From: an uncultured virus (IMG/VR IMGVR_UViG_3300028557_000031)
Lineage: Duplodnaviria; Heunggongvirae; Uroviricota; Caudoviricetes
IMG/VR virus record: IMGVR_UViG_3300028557_000031
Coordinates: 1 to 64,000 of that record
Direction: 5' to 3' (one strand)
DNA: 64,000 nt
Shown: positions 26,060 to 36,194 of the stretch, in pieces
Numbering within the stretch: the stretch's first letter is position 1
Layout of the letters: every line of letters starts with the position of its first letter
Notes under the pieces: generated by a model
The model's input: the letters and a program-made list of their open reading frames with translations, nothing else
Database searches by the model: none
What the model was told of the DNA's origin: nothing
Position numbers and translations under genes: made by a program

Positions 26060-26704
26060 TTATTCTTCTTCGTCGGCATCCCAATCATCGTCACTGTCAA
26101 GGTCGTCCATTGTAAAGAGTTCCACAGTCAAACTTTTACCCCGAAAGAATTCTTCATCGAAACTTCGCTCGAGTTCAGTCCCCTTAAAAAATACTTTCGA
26201 AACAAGTTCTTCTTCGTATTGGGGTGTTTCCATAGATTGGACGGTCACCGCAAAATCTGTTGGTTTTGGTTCTTCTTCAGACTCGATTTCAAGATTCAAC
26301 ATTGTTCCTTTAACTGTCTCATAAACCAAAAGAATGTTTTCTTTACCTTCATGAGGATATGCATCGATTTCTTTAGTGTGGTCATCGGCGTTTTCAGGAT
26401 ATTCAAAATTTTCCATTGTTCGGTCCAAATCTTCAAATTTAACGTCCCAAATCACCTCGTCCTTTTCGTTTACCAAAACAAAATGGCAACTGTCATTAGC
26501 CAGAGTAGTTGTGGTAACCCAATAGTTGGTCATGTAGTGGTCGTAATCCTCCAAGATTTCAGGGAGGTCCATATACATTTCATCCAAAGTTTTATGTCCT
26601 TCTTTTTCTTTGAAAGACAGAATTGCTTGGACTTCTTCGTCAGTTAAGGTGTGGGCGGAACCATCAAGTCCGTATCCGTTCACCAATAATTTATATTTTG
26701 CCAT
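26060..26704 (-). CDS. Acidic hypothetical protein
   Basis: 214-aa ORF with an upstream TATCTTTG box. Confidence 0.65.
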   Translation of the reverse strand: MAKYKLLVNGYGLDGSAHTLTDEEVQAILSFKEKEGHKTLDEMYMDLPEILEDYDHYMTNYWVTTTTLANDSCHFVLVNEKDEVIWDVKFEDLDRTMENFEYPENADDHTKEIDAYPHEGKENILLVYETVKGTMLNLEIESEEEPKPTDFAVTVQSMETPQYEEELVSKVFFKGTELERSFDEEFFRGKSLTVELFTMDDLDSDDDWDADEEE

Positions 26705-26760
26705 AATTTAAAATTTTATCTTTACCACAAAGATATTAAAAATTTTTTTAAAGACAAAAT

Positions 26761-28224
26761 TTATTCTTCATTGTACAAATAATAATCCCCATAACCTCTG
26801 TATCCATCGGGTAATTTGTATAAAAATTTTTGTTCCCAAAGGGTTTCGACATCTTTTTCAAAGTAAGGATACATTATAAATGAAGGTAACTTAGGTTCTT
26901 TAGATAAGATTACCTCTAAATTTAAATGTGGTACATTACCCCACTTTAAGAAAAAAATCTGACTGCTAACGACATGATAATCATAAGAGTTAAAATGATT
27001 TTCGTCACATCTTTGATATCCTGTCAATGTTTCTTTTATGGGATTATCATTTTTATCGATTGGATTATGTAAAAAATTGTGCCAATAATCATTAATTGAA
27101 ACTTTTTCTGTATGGTATTTCACCGCCCTAAAAAAATAATCCCTTTCCTGATATCCAATCCCACAAAATCTCTCATCCCATAGACCAATCCTACGGATGG
27201 CATTTGGAGTGTAACTAACAAAATTATCACCAGAACCACAAGTTACTAAATCGTATTGTTCGTGTAATTTGATTGTTTTATTTATAAAATGATTTGAAAA
27301 AATTGTATCATCTTGACAAGTAATTAAAATATCACAATGAGGGTCATTTAAATCTGTAAATCCATTGAGGATTGCTTGATTCCAATTTCGAGATAAATGT
27401 CCCGTTGAAAAATCAGGTCTTAGTTCGTTATTTAATATAGTGACTTTACCAACGTAGTTTTCGTTAAGAACAAAATTTGAATGATTATTAATTATAAAAA
27501 TTTGTAAATTAGATAATTCTTGTTGATTAACATTAAAAAATATAGAGTCTAAACATTCGTTTAACAATACAGGGTTGTTATAGGTTACGATAAAAATTTT
27601 GATTTTCTTCTCCCTAACAAAATGAATATTAACTTCATTACCTAAGTGGTCGTTGTTAGTGACAGCAACTATTTTGAATCCATTATCAATTAAAAATTGT
27701 TGTGTCTCTTCTAATGTATTTTGACCATAGTAAAGAATATTTGGTTTTGCTGCGGCTTCAACCATTCCTTCTTTGACAATAGAAAGAAAATTCCCCATTC
27801 CCTTCAAGACTTTCAAATCAAAACCTTGAGTATCGACATGTAAAAAATCGATTTTTGGTATTTTATTTTTTTCAATGTAATTATCTAATCTTATTACCTT
27901 AACTTCCTCTTGGTTTGTAACCACAAAATCTTCACGGCCATCCCAATCAGTTTGAGATTTATCGGAAAATTGTAAAATTGAACTACAACCCCAATCCGCT
28001 TGACCCGCGACATTTAAAATAGTAAATTGTTCAGTATCACCGACGGCAAATGGAGTGTAGTGTAAATTTTTAAGGTGTGAATACGATTTTCTGACATGTT
28101 CAAAAAAACGAGGCGTAGGTTCAAACGCATGTAAATGAGTAGTCGAGTTGTCTTTGACTTCTTGGATGAAATTTGAACAATCGTTGGCGCCGACATCAAA
28201 AATAATTTTTTTTGGTGGTAACAT
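26761..28224 (-). CDS. FkbM-family methyltransferase fused to a GT-A glycosyltransferase
   Basis: N-terminal FDVGAN..AFEP..IDFLHVDTQGFD; C-terminal IVTYN..QDD..GLWDERF. Confidence 0.8.
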   Translation of the reverse strand: MLPPKKIIFDVGANDCSNFIQEVKDNSTTHLHAFEPTPRFFEHVRKSYSHLKNLHYTPFAVGDTEQFTILNVAGQADWGCSSILQFSDKSQTDWDGREDFVVTNQEEVKVIRLDNYIEKNKIPKIDFLHVDTQGFDLKVLKGMGNFLSIVKEGMVEAAAKPNILYYGQNTLEETQQFLIDNGFKIVAVTNNDHLGNEVNIHFVREKKIKIFIVTYNNPVLLNECLDSIFFNVNQQELSNLQIFIINNHSNFVLNENYVGKVTILNNELRPDFSTGHLSRNWNQAILNGFTDLNDPHCDILITCQDDTIFSNHFINKTIKLHEQYDLVTCGSGDNFVSYTPNAIRRIGLWDERFCGIGYQERDYFFRAVKYHTEKVSINDYWHNFLHNPIDKNDNPIKETLTGYQRCDENHFNSYDYHVVSSQIFFLKWGNVPHLNLEVILSKEPKLPSFIMYPYFEKDVETLWEQKFLYKLPDGYRGYGDYYLYNEE

Positions 28225-28503
28225 TTTTTATTTAAAATATAGATGCCGCGTCGTCAGATTCAAGTAAAACTTTGATTCCCAAATATTTTTCACAAACCTC
28301 ATAAAAGTCTTCCACCTTTGTTTTTGTCAAGTCCTGAGGGTTATCAATTGTTAGGTAGAAACCTGATTTGCTTTCGAAGATAGATTTTTCTTCGTTGTAC
28401 TCAAAATATGCCATTTTTCTGTATCCACGATACTTGGCTTCAGGTAAAAATTTATCAAACATTGTTTGAAATGGTGGTTTAAAAAATGAACCTTTTGTCA
28501 TAG

Positions 28504-28576
28504 TTGTGTGAATGGGATTCGAACCCATGACCTGAATGGTATAAGCATTCTACTCTCACCACTGAGCTACCACACA
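28504..28576 (-). tRNA. tRNA-Ile(TAT)
   Basis: TGTGTGG/TCACACA acceptor, GAATG-CTTATAC-CATTC anticodon arm, canonical D and T arms, discriminator A. Confidence 0.85.
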
Positions 28577-28582
28577 AATTTG

Positions 28583-28667
28583 TACCTCGGGCGGGACTCG
28601 AACCCGCACGGACCCTTCGGTCCATTTGATTTTAAGTCAAACTTGGCTACCTTTACAACACCGAGGC
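28583..28667 (-). tRNA. tRNA-Leu(TAA)
   Basis: GCCTCGG/CCGAGGT acceptor, TTTGA-CTTAAAA-TCAAA, variable arm GGACC/GGTCC. Confidence 0.9.
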
Positions 28668-28698
28668 TACTAATACCACAAATATAAGGAAGAAATTT

Positions 28699-29403
28699 TT
28701 AGAAATCCAACTCCACAATCGTATCTGAAGCACTTTCATAAATATTTTCAACATGATTGATTGTTACAGACTTGTCTTCCAAATCAAAATAAACAAAACC
28801 CTGTGCACCTTCGTTAATTTCCCAACCACCAGGAAGATTTTGGCTAATAAATCTTTCAACTATGGGTGGTGTATCAAAATATTGACCTTGAACCATAAAA
28901 GTATCCGAAACTGCGCCATCATCACCACTACCTTCATATGAAACCTCGACTCGTTGAATTTTTTTATCACCCATAACACCAATCAAAGATTCATAAACCT
29001 CATCAGGGAGTTCTAACTCGAATATTTGTTCATCACACTGAGTCCAATAGTCTAATTGCGTATTTACTGAAATTTTCCGTTTCCGTAGGTCCATTATAAT
29101 AGATAATTCATAATTTGATGCCTCATCAGAATCAATGGTATTTAGTATTTTATTAAAACTTACTAAAACTTCAGGTTCAATTTTTTCTTCATAGAATTTA
29201 AAAAGAAAATCTCTGATTTTTGTTGGAATAGTCAAACTTTCCCCCATAAAATTCATATCAGTGTCAAAATCTTCTTCAGAAATATTCAGTTCGTCCCAAG
29301 GGTTATCATCAAAGTTAAAGTCCCATCTTAAATATTTTCTTCCCTCAGAATTTCCATATTTCCACAGAAAGTTTAACATTCTTTGTTCTTCAGTTGTCCG
29401 CAT
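28699..29403 (-). CDS. DUF6878-like protein
   Basis: YEGSGDDG and GGWEINEGAQG motifs. Confidence 0.55.
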   Translation of the reverse strand: MRTTEEQRMLNFLWKYGNSEGRKYLRWDFNFDDNPWDELNISEEDFDTDMNFMGESLTIPTKIRDFLFKFYEEKIEPEVLVSFNKILNTIDSDEASNYELSIIMDLRKRKISVNTQLDYWTQCDEQIFELELPDEVYESLIGVMGDKKIQRVEVSYEGSGDDGAVSDTFMVQGQYFDTPPIVERFISQNLPGGWEINEGAQGFVYFDLEDKSVTINHVENIYESASDTIVELDF

Positions 29404-29415
29404 AAATTATAAATA

Positions 29416-29769
29416 TCAATCAGCCGACTCAATTTTTAATGTCCGTGTCATCCAAATTGGTTTAGGATTAGTCTGCAACCCAATAATCCATTCCTTTGCT
29501 GTTGGAATATAGTTGTTACAGTCTTCCTTGACATGTTGTTCACCAACATATCGAGTGTAAACGGTACGACTTTCAGAGTTGACAAAAGATACTCCAAATA
29601 CTCTTTCCATTTCGAAAATACCTTCACTATGGTGACGAAAGATTCTATGTAAAGAATCTCCAAACCAACCTTTAGTTTCATCCATCCACTGATGTAGATG
29701 ATGATAATCCTCGGGTTTACCACCAAATTTCCTCGCGGATGATTTTGAATGTTCAAATGGGTGAGCCAT
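29416..29769 (-). CDS. DUF6915-like protein
   Basis: MAHP..HS.SSARKFGG...DY...H.WMD...HR..RHH..GIF...GEQHV.ED. Confidence 0.65.
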   Translation of the reverse strand: MAHPFEHSKSSARKFGGKPEDYHHLHQWMDETKGWFGDSLHRIFRHHSEGIFEMERVFGVSFVNSESRTVYTRYVGEQHVKEDCNNYIPTAKEWIIGLQTNPKPIWMTRTLKIESAD

Positions 29770-30061
29770 TAAGACAATTGTTTCACGGTGTATTTGTTTC
29801 CACTCAAAGAGTTGGACTCAAACAATTTTGCAATTTTATCCGCAGACTCGAAAGTCTCGAATTCAATGGGTATACCCTCACTGTCGTTTACCAAAATTGT
29901 TATTTTTTGGCTCATAACCGAAGTTTCTTTCAGAATAATATAAGACATAAATTTAGATGCTTGTTACGGTGTTACAATGAATCATAATCTCAACTTTTAA
30001 ATCTTGACTGAAGGCAAAAAACAATTCGTTGATAAATTTTTTCATAGTTTTAAAAATTTTG

Positions 30062-30121
30062 TAGGGGTGACAGGTCTCGAACTTGCGAATCCACGCGGTC
30101 CTAAACCTGAGATACACCCCT
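30062..30121 (-). pseudogene. tRNA-Pro-like remnant lacking the anticodon arm
   Basis: Perfect AGGGGTG/CACCCCT acceptor, partial D arm, TTCGAGA T-loop, 60 nt; own TATATTTG box upstream. Confidence 0.6.
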
Positions 30122-30588
30122 AATTACCCACAAATATAGAAAGAAAAACTAAAGAGACAACTTTTGTTGTGCCTTTCTTTCAGCAACTTTCTGTTCGTGA
30201 AGTCGTTCATATGCCTTACTTGCGGCATCGGCACGATTCATTTTGGGGTCTTTCTGTATAATGGAAGAAGTCTCCATTCTCCATTCCTCAAAAAAACCTT
30301 TTTGGTGGGCGTCAAAACCATAAGATTCGTACATTTTCTCAGTTGTCATTTCAATTACCCTGTTTATATTAAATATAATAAAATTCTAAAAATTAATACA
30401 CTAAATTATGAATATTTATGGTTTATGTACAGTTTTTGGAACACATTATCATCTAAATTATTTAATAAACTCGCTCGTTTTCAAATTAAATTTAAACGAT
30501 GTGTTTTGCGGGACCTGAAACAACATCAAAATATCAAAGGGGTCCTCGGGCCCCTTTTTTATTCTTGTTTTTTTAATATATTTGTCAC

Positions 30589-31077
30589 ATGCAAAAAGTA
30601 CTTGTTTTGAACTTTGACTACTCACCACTGAATGTCACATCAGTTCAGAGGGGGTTTATTTTGGTCGTAAATGGAAAAGCTGAAATTATCAAATCAGCGG
30701 AAAATCCTATTACCACTTTTACCCACACATATGTACGACCTTTAATAATTCGTCTTTTAAAATACATAAATTACAGAGGTTCAGGAATCAGAGTAAATCG
30801 ACACCGAGTTTTTAGAAGAGATAATAATGAATGTGTTTATTGTGGTTCCAAAAAAGAATTGACAATTGACCATGTTATACCACGCTCAAAAGGTGGAAAA
30901 AATACGTGGGACAATTTAGTCACTTGTTGCCAAAATTGTAATTTAAAAAAGGGAAATAAGACTCCTGATGAGGCACGAATGCCGTTAAGACGGAAACCAT
31001 ATCAACCTAATTTTGTGGACGAAGAAACAACTTTGAATGATGTTTGGGACAGTTTCAAAGAAACCTTTTTTTCTTAA
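30589..31077 (+). CDS. HNH endonuclease (McrA-like)
   Basis: RDNNECVYCG...TIDHVIPRSKGG...WDNLVTCCQNCN. Confidence 0.9.
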   Translation: MQKVLVLNFDYSPLNVTSVQRGFILVVNGKAEIIKSAENPITTFTHTYVRPLIIRLLKYINYRGSGIRVNRHRVFRRDNNECVYCGSKKELTIDHVIPRSKGGKNTWDNLVTCCQNCNLKKGNKTPDEARMPLRRKPYQPNFVDEETTLNDVWDSFKETFFS

Positions 31078-31345
31078 AGATTTTTTCTAATATTAAAGAA
31101 AAAAATATACATGAATACAAATAACCCACTCAGTCATCAAGATTTGATGAACGCCTCACTTTTGTTTTCCAAAGCACTCTCTTTAATTTTAGATGACAAA
31201 CAAGGTATTGTTGTTGATATTGTCCCCGATTCAGGTGTTGACATGGGAGAAAACACAACCAAAGTTGTTATTTACCGTTTGGAAAATCAAATTCACGTGC
31301 AAAATTTAGAAATGGATATTGTTGAAGGAACTATAGTAGCTCTTA

Positions 31346-33046
31346 GTGATAAAGATAAAACTGAAAATTAATAAAAATATGACAGTCTTAGGTTTCTCCG
31401 TTGGGCACGATAAAGGTGCTGTAATAATCAAAAATGGTCAAGTAATTGTTGGAATAACACAAGAAAGACTTACAAGAAGAAAACATGATGGAGCATTCAC
31501 AGGTGGTGCAATTCCCGTGGAGTCTATTATGTATTGTCTTTCCGTATTGGATATTACCGTAGATGATTTAGACCTCATTGTTTACAGTTCAACTGAATTG
31601 GTCGATAACACATACGAACTTTTCAATAAAATCTTCCAAGTACCAAAAAAGAAACTTGTGTTCATGCCTCATCATTTGGCTCACGCATATTCTTCTTTCT
31701 TTTCTTCAGGTTTCGATGAAGCTGCAGTTATTGTCGCAGATGCATCGGGTTCAATTTTAAATCATAAAACTAAACTTGGTGAATGGTATCCTGAAAAATC
31801 ACATGAAGGACTCAATGAGGGTGAAGATTGGACTGAAGGTATTTCTTTGTATCATTTTACCAGAAGTGGTCATAGTGAAGTTTACAAGAAATGGATAAAA
31901 TATCCCGTGCCCCTTGAAAGTAATGATGGAGTGTCGTTAGGTACTATGTATTCACAGGGATGTTTACAATTGATATATGAACCCAACAGTAATGTTTGGC
32001 CGGCAGGTAAACTTATGGGATTAGCTTCATATGCAAATTCAGAATTTGTAAAGAATTTCCCTGAATACATAAAATATGAAAACGATGACATTCATATACC
32101 AAACGGTGGGATTCTTCCACATATTACTTGGAGAAATGATTTTCAAACTAAAGCTAATGTTGCAGGGGTTTATCAAAGAGAACAAGAAAAATCATCCCTG
32201 ATATTGGCAGATATGATTAAAAAACTCACAAACTCAAATAATGTTTGTACTGCAGGGGGTTCCTTTTTAAATTGTAATTCTAATGAAATTATCATAAATT
32301 CAGGACTATTCGAAAATACATTTTTCGTCCCTCCAGCTGATGACAGTGGTATTCCTCTTGGATGTGCGTGGTACGCATATCAACAAGTTGCTGAAATTCA
32401 ACAAACATTTCCATTGTGGCCCTACTTTGGTAAAAAGTATTCAAATAGAGATGTTGAAGAAGCTACGAGTAAATTTCCAAACCTCCGAGTAGAATATTGG
32501 GATAATTTTGATGATATTGTTGAAACCATAACTGACAGACTTGTTGAAAATAAAGTTATCGGATGGTTCCAAGGAGGTTCCGAAATTGGACCTAGAGCTT
32601 TGGGAAATCGTTCAATTATTGCGTCACCCACATCAAAATGGATGAAAGACAGAGTTAACCATGACCATAAACATAGAGAATGGTATCGTCCTTTTGCACC
32701 TGCAGTAATTTTTGATTTACAGAAAGAAATATTCCAAACTGATTATTTTTCTCCATTTATGTTAGTTACCGCAACTGTTGCAGATGAATGGAAAGAAAGA
32801 ATCCCTGCGGTAGTCCATATCGATGGGTCCGCAAGATTTCAATCTGTCACACCAAAAAGTAATGAAAAGTTTTTCAAACTTATAAATAAATTTTACGAAA
32901 AAACTGGAATCCCTGTTTTGTTGAACACTAGCTACAATGGTGGTCACGAACCAATGATTGAAACACCATTTGATGCTATTAAATCTTTTTTAGATTGTAA
33001 TTTAGATTTTCTAATAGCTGAAAATTATATTATTAGTAAAAATTAA
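31346..33046 (+). CDS. Carbamoyltransferase (NodU/CmcH family); start probably Met at 31378
   Basis: GHD..A, QERLTRRKH, HHLAHA, GKLMGLASY, GPRALGNRS, RPFAP, LLNTS. Confidence 0.9.
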   Translation: MIKIKLKINKNMTVLGFSVGHDKGAVIIKNGQVIVGITQERLTRRKHDGAFTGGAIPVESIMYCLSVLDITVDDLDLIVYSSTELVDNTYELFNKIFQVPKKKLVFMPHHLAHAYSSFFSSGFDEAAVIVADASGSILNHKTKLGEWYPEKSHEGLNEGEDWTEGISLYHFTRSGHSEVYKKWIKYPVPLESNDGVSLGTMYSQGCLQLIYEPNSNVWPAGKLMGLASYANSEFVKNFPEYIKYENDDIHIPNGGILPHITWRNDFQTKANVAGVYQREQEKSSLILADMIKKLTNSNNVCTAGGSFLNCNSNEIIINSGLFENTFFVPPADDSGIPLGCAWYAYQQVAEIQQTFPLWPYFGKKYSNRDVEEATSKFPNLRVEYWDNFDDIVETITDRLVENKVIGWFQGGSEIGPRALGNRSIIASPTSKWMKDRVNHDHKHREWYRPFAPAVIFDLQKEIFQTDYFSPFMLVTATVADEWKERIPAVVHIDGSARFQSVTPKSNEKFFKLINKFYEKTGIPVLLNTSYNGGHEPMIETPFDAIKSFLDCNLDFLIAENYIISKN

Positions 33047-33053
33047 TTTTATT

Positions 33054-34646
33054 ATGAGTGTAATCTATGGTCTTTTCGCAGCTGGACATAGTCCATCAAC
33101 AACTTTGATTGTTGACGGTGAAATAATACATGCAGTAGAAGAAGAGAGAATCAAACGAATTAAATCGGGAGAAGATTATGGGGCGTACCCCGATTTATCA
33201 CTAAAGGCTGTCGAAGATAGAACTAATATAAAACTTAAAGATGCTGATTATGTGGTTTTTGCTGAGCCAGCACCACCGGTATATGCTAGGAGATTAACTA
33301 ATGATAATTATTCTAAAGTGTCTCACCACCTTGCACATAATACCGCAGCTTATTTTACAAGTGGAATGGAAGGAAAAGTACTTTCAATTTCACATGATGG
33401 TGGTGGAGAATCTTCTTTTATGCGAGTCTATGTATGTGAGGATGGTAAGATGAATGAAGTTCATCGATTATCCGGAACTAACTCTGGCAGTCTTTCACAA
33501 CTCTGGGGATTTATAACAAATTGGATGATGGGTCGTAATTCAAATTGTAGGTTTGAATGGATAATGTGTAAGGATGAAGGTAAGGTCATGGGAATGGCAC
33601 CTGATGGTTATTACGATGAAAGAATCCAAAAAATTCTACATAGTATCCTATCATATAATGATTTGAAATTTTATCCTTCGGGAACTGACCAAAAAACGAA
33701 GTTTGTTATGGAACGATTACTCGAAGAAGGTTTTTTTGACACTCTTAAAAAACGAGAAGTTTTCAGTTTTAATTTACAATACTTTACTGAAGAATTGATG
33801 TTGAGATTTATCGACGACCTACACAAGAGAATGCCCGACTACAAGAAACTCTGTTTTTCAGGTGGTCTTTTTGCAAATGTTAAACTGAACCAAAAAATAA
33901 ATGAATTACCGTGGGTTGAAGAAATATACATTCTTCCTCCAATGGGTGATGAAGGGCTTTCTTTAGGCGCGGCAATTCATAAAGCAGTTGAATTAGGTGA
34001 AATTACAAAACCAATAAAACTTAAAAATGTATATTTTGGTTTTGATTATTCAGATGAAGAAGTTATAAACTTGGCTACAAAACATGATTTTTTAGTTAAA
34101 AAATATATTGTTGATGAAATTGCGACGGATTTAAATAAAGGTTTGATTATTGGATGGTTTCAAGGTAAAATGGAACTTGGACCACGTTCCTTGGGAGCAA
34201 GGAGTATTTTGGTAAGACCTACAGATTACAATACCCACGCAGAGTTAAATCGAAGATTGAAAAGATATGATACAATGCCTTTTGCACCAATGATAATGGG
34301 TGAGTTTTTTGAAACGGTTTTCCCGACCGCAAAATCCAAGTATGCCGCTCAGTTTATGACTTTAACATTTCCAACCCATGAACCATGGATTTATAAAATT
34401 CCCGCAGTAATTCAGAAATCGGATAAAACTGCCAGACCTCAGGTAGTGGAAAAAGAAAATCTTCCCAAAGTTTGGGAACTTATGAATTCGTACTACGAAC
34501 TCTCAGGAATCCCATTACTACTTAACACCTCATTCAATGCTCATAACGAACCCATTATTGAGCACCCCGAAAATGCTTTTGTTCACCTTAAAAATAAAGT
34601 GATTGATAAATTAGTTATTGGAGATTATGTATACGAAAATAAATAA
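33054..34646 (+). CDS. Carbamoyltransferase (NodU/CmcH family), second paralog
   Basis: EEERIKRIK, HHLAH, EGKVMGMA, GGLFANV, GPRSLGARS, LLNTSFN. Confidence 0.9.
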   Translation: MSVIYGLFAAGHSPSTTLIVDGEIIHAVEEERIKRIKSGEDYGAYPDLSLKAVEDRTNIKLKDADYVVFAEPAPPVYARRLTNDNYSKVSHHLAHNTAAYFTSGMEGKVLSISHDGGGESSFMRVYVCEDGKMNEVHRLSGTNSGSLSQLWGFITNWMMGRNSNCRFEWIMCKDEGKVMGMAPDGYYDERIQKILHSILSYNDLKFYPSGTDQKTKFVMERLLEEGFFDTLKKREVFSFNLQYFTEELMLRFIDDLHKRMPDYKKLCFSGGLFANVKLNQKINELPWVEEIYILPPMGDEGLSLGAAIHKAVELGEITKPIKLKNVYFGFDYSDEEVINLATKHDFLVKKYIVDEIATDLNKGLIIGWFQGKMELGPRSLGARSILVRPTDYNTHAELNRRLKRYDTMPFAPMIMGEFFETVFPTAKSKYAAQFMTLTFPTHEPWIYKIPAVIQKSDKTARPQVVEKENLPKVWELMNSYYELSGIPLLLNTSFNAHNEPIIEHPENAFVHLKNKVIDKLVIGDYVYENK

Positions 34647-35277
34647 CGTTGGAATTCATTATTTTTTAGAAAATGGAGTTAGGGTTCGAGTAGAAGGTCC
34701 TGATAATTATTACTATGTAGAAATAAGAGAGTATCCTAAGAATTCTACTGAATCATATTATTTAGAGGGATATCATCTAATTAAAGAACCTTCTTCTTGT
34801 TATGGAGTTCAAGTATTTCAGTATGATGTGAAATTTTATTATGACTTCGAACTTTTAGTTTATAAGTTAGATGTAAACCACGGATTAGTACAAATCTTTC
34901 ACCATAGATTCGATGACAGAGAAAAATTAGTTTTATTCAACATCGATAGTCATGATTTAAAAGAGGCTACTTTGTGGTATGAAAAATGTTTGTTGTACAC
35001 CGATTTACACGGTTGCAAGCCTGTAATAAGAACTCATTTCGATGAATTGAATCATCGTAATAAAAACTATTTCTCTACAGATGTTTTCGAATTTTACAAA
35101 GTCTATAGCATAGGGCGTTATCCAAAAACTAGTCAGGATTTCCGTAGTATTGGAGACCAAAGAGTTGAAAACACAACTTGGTTTGGTTTATGGAAAAAAT
35201 TCTGGTCTTACGAACATCCTCGTGAATGGAAATTGCTAACCTCCGAGGAAATAGTTGATGATATCCTCGGATTTTAG
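34618..35277 (+). CDS. Hypothetical protein coupled to the carbamoyltransferases
   Basis: 219-aa ORF overlapping the upstream gene. Confidence 0.6.
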   Translation: MEIMYTKINNVGIHYFLENGVRVRVEGPDNYYYVEIREYPKNSTESYYLEGYHLIKEPSSCYGVQVFQYDVKFYYDFELLVYKLDVNHGLVQIFHHRFDDREKLVLFNIDSHDLKEATLWYEKCLLYTDLHGCKPVIRTHFDELNHRNKNYFSTDVFEFYKVYSIGRYPKTSQDFRSIGDQRVENTTWFGLWKKFWSYEHPREWKLLTSEEIVDDILGF

Positions 35278-35443
35278 TATTTTTTGAGAAACAACTCTCA
35301 AATGTGAATGTTAAAAAATACTTTGAATTCACAAAAACTATAAACGGGACAAATTATTTCTTACAACAACTTTTAACAATTGGTTTGGCAGTTATAAATT
35401 TAAACCTTATCTTTGTTAACTCAAATAATTTAAAATACAACGG

Positions 35444-36121
35444 ATGAACATTTCCCAAGAATTCAAAAAGTACGCAATGAGTGATTACAATGTGTCTTCA
35501 CTTACAATGTATAACTTCGAGAAACAAATCGAAAACTCACTAACCCCTTATATTTTGGAAGAGCGTGAACTTCGAGCAACTCAAATAGATATTTTTTCTC
35601 GATTGATGAGAGATAGACTTTTGTGGGTTGCAGGACCAGTCAATGATAATATGTCCACAATTGTTCAGGCACAACTAATGTTCTTAGATTCTGCCGATAA
35701 AACAGATATTACAATGCACATAGATTCTCCAGGTGGAAGTGTAAAATCAGGACTTTCTATTGTAGATGTTATGGATTATATCTCATGTGACATCCGTACC
35801 GTGAATACTGGTCTTGCCGCTTCTATGGGTTCGATATTGTTGGGAGCGGGAACTAAAGGAAAACGAAGTTCACTTCGATTCTCCCGTACAATGCTACACC
35901 AATCATCTGGTGGTGCTGGCGGAAATATTCAGGATGCTGAGATTACATTTAAAGAATGGAAAAAAATTAACGACACTCTATTTATTCTTCTCGGTGACTA
36001 CTGTGGAAAAGACTCTGAACAGGTCAAACAAGACGCACAACGCGATTTATGGCTCGATTCACAGGAAGCCTTAGATTATGGTATTATCGATGAAATAGTG
36101 ACAAAAAAAGGGGGTCACTGA
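35444..36121 (+). CDS. clpP: ATP-dependent Clp protease proteolytic subunit
   Basis: DIFSRL, IDSPGGSV, AASMG (catalytic Ser), MLHQ (His), RDLWL (Asp), YGIIDEI. Confidence 0.93.
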   Translation: MNISQEFKKYAMSDYNVSSLTMYNFEKQIENSLTPYILEERELRATQIDIFSRLMRDRLLWVAGPVNDNMSTIVQAQLMFLDSADKTDITMHIDSPGGSVKSGLSIVDVMDYISCDIRTVNTGLAASMGSILLGAGTKGKRSSLRFSRTMLHQSSGGAGGNIQDAEITFKEWKKINDTLFILLGDYCGKDSEQVKQDAQRDLWLDSQEALDYGIIDEIVTKKGGH

Positions 36122-36194
36122 CCCCCTTTAATAGATAAACACACCCCTTTCTTTTAACGTGTTTATATCAACACGAGTTTCCTCGGAAGATTTC

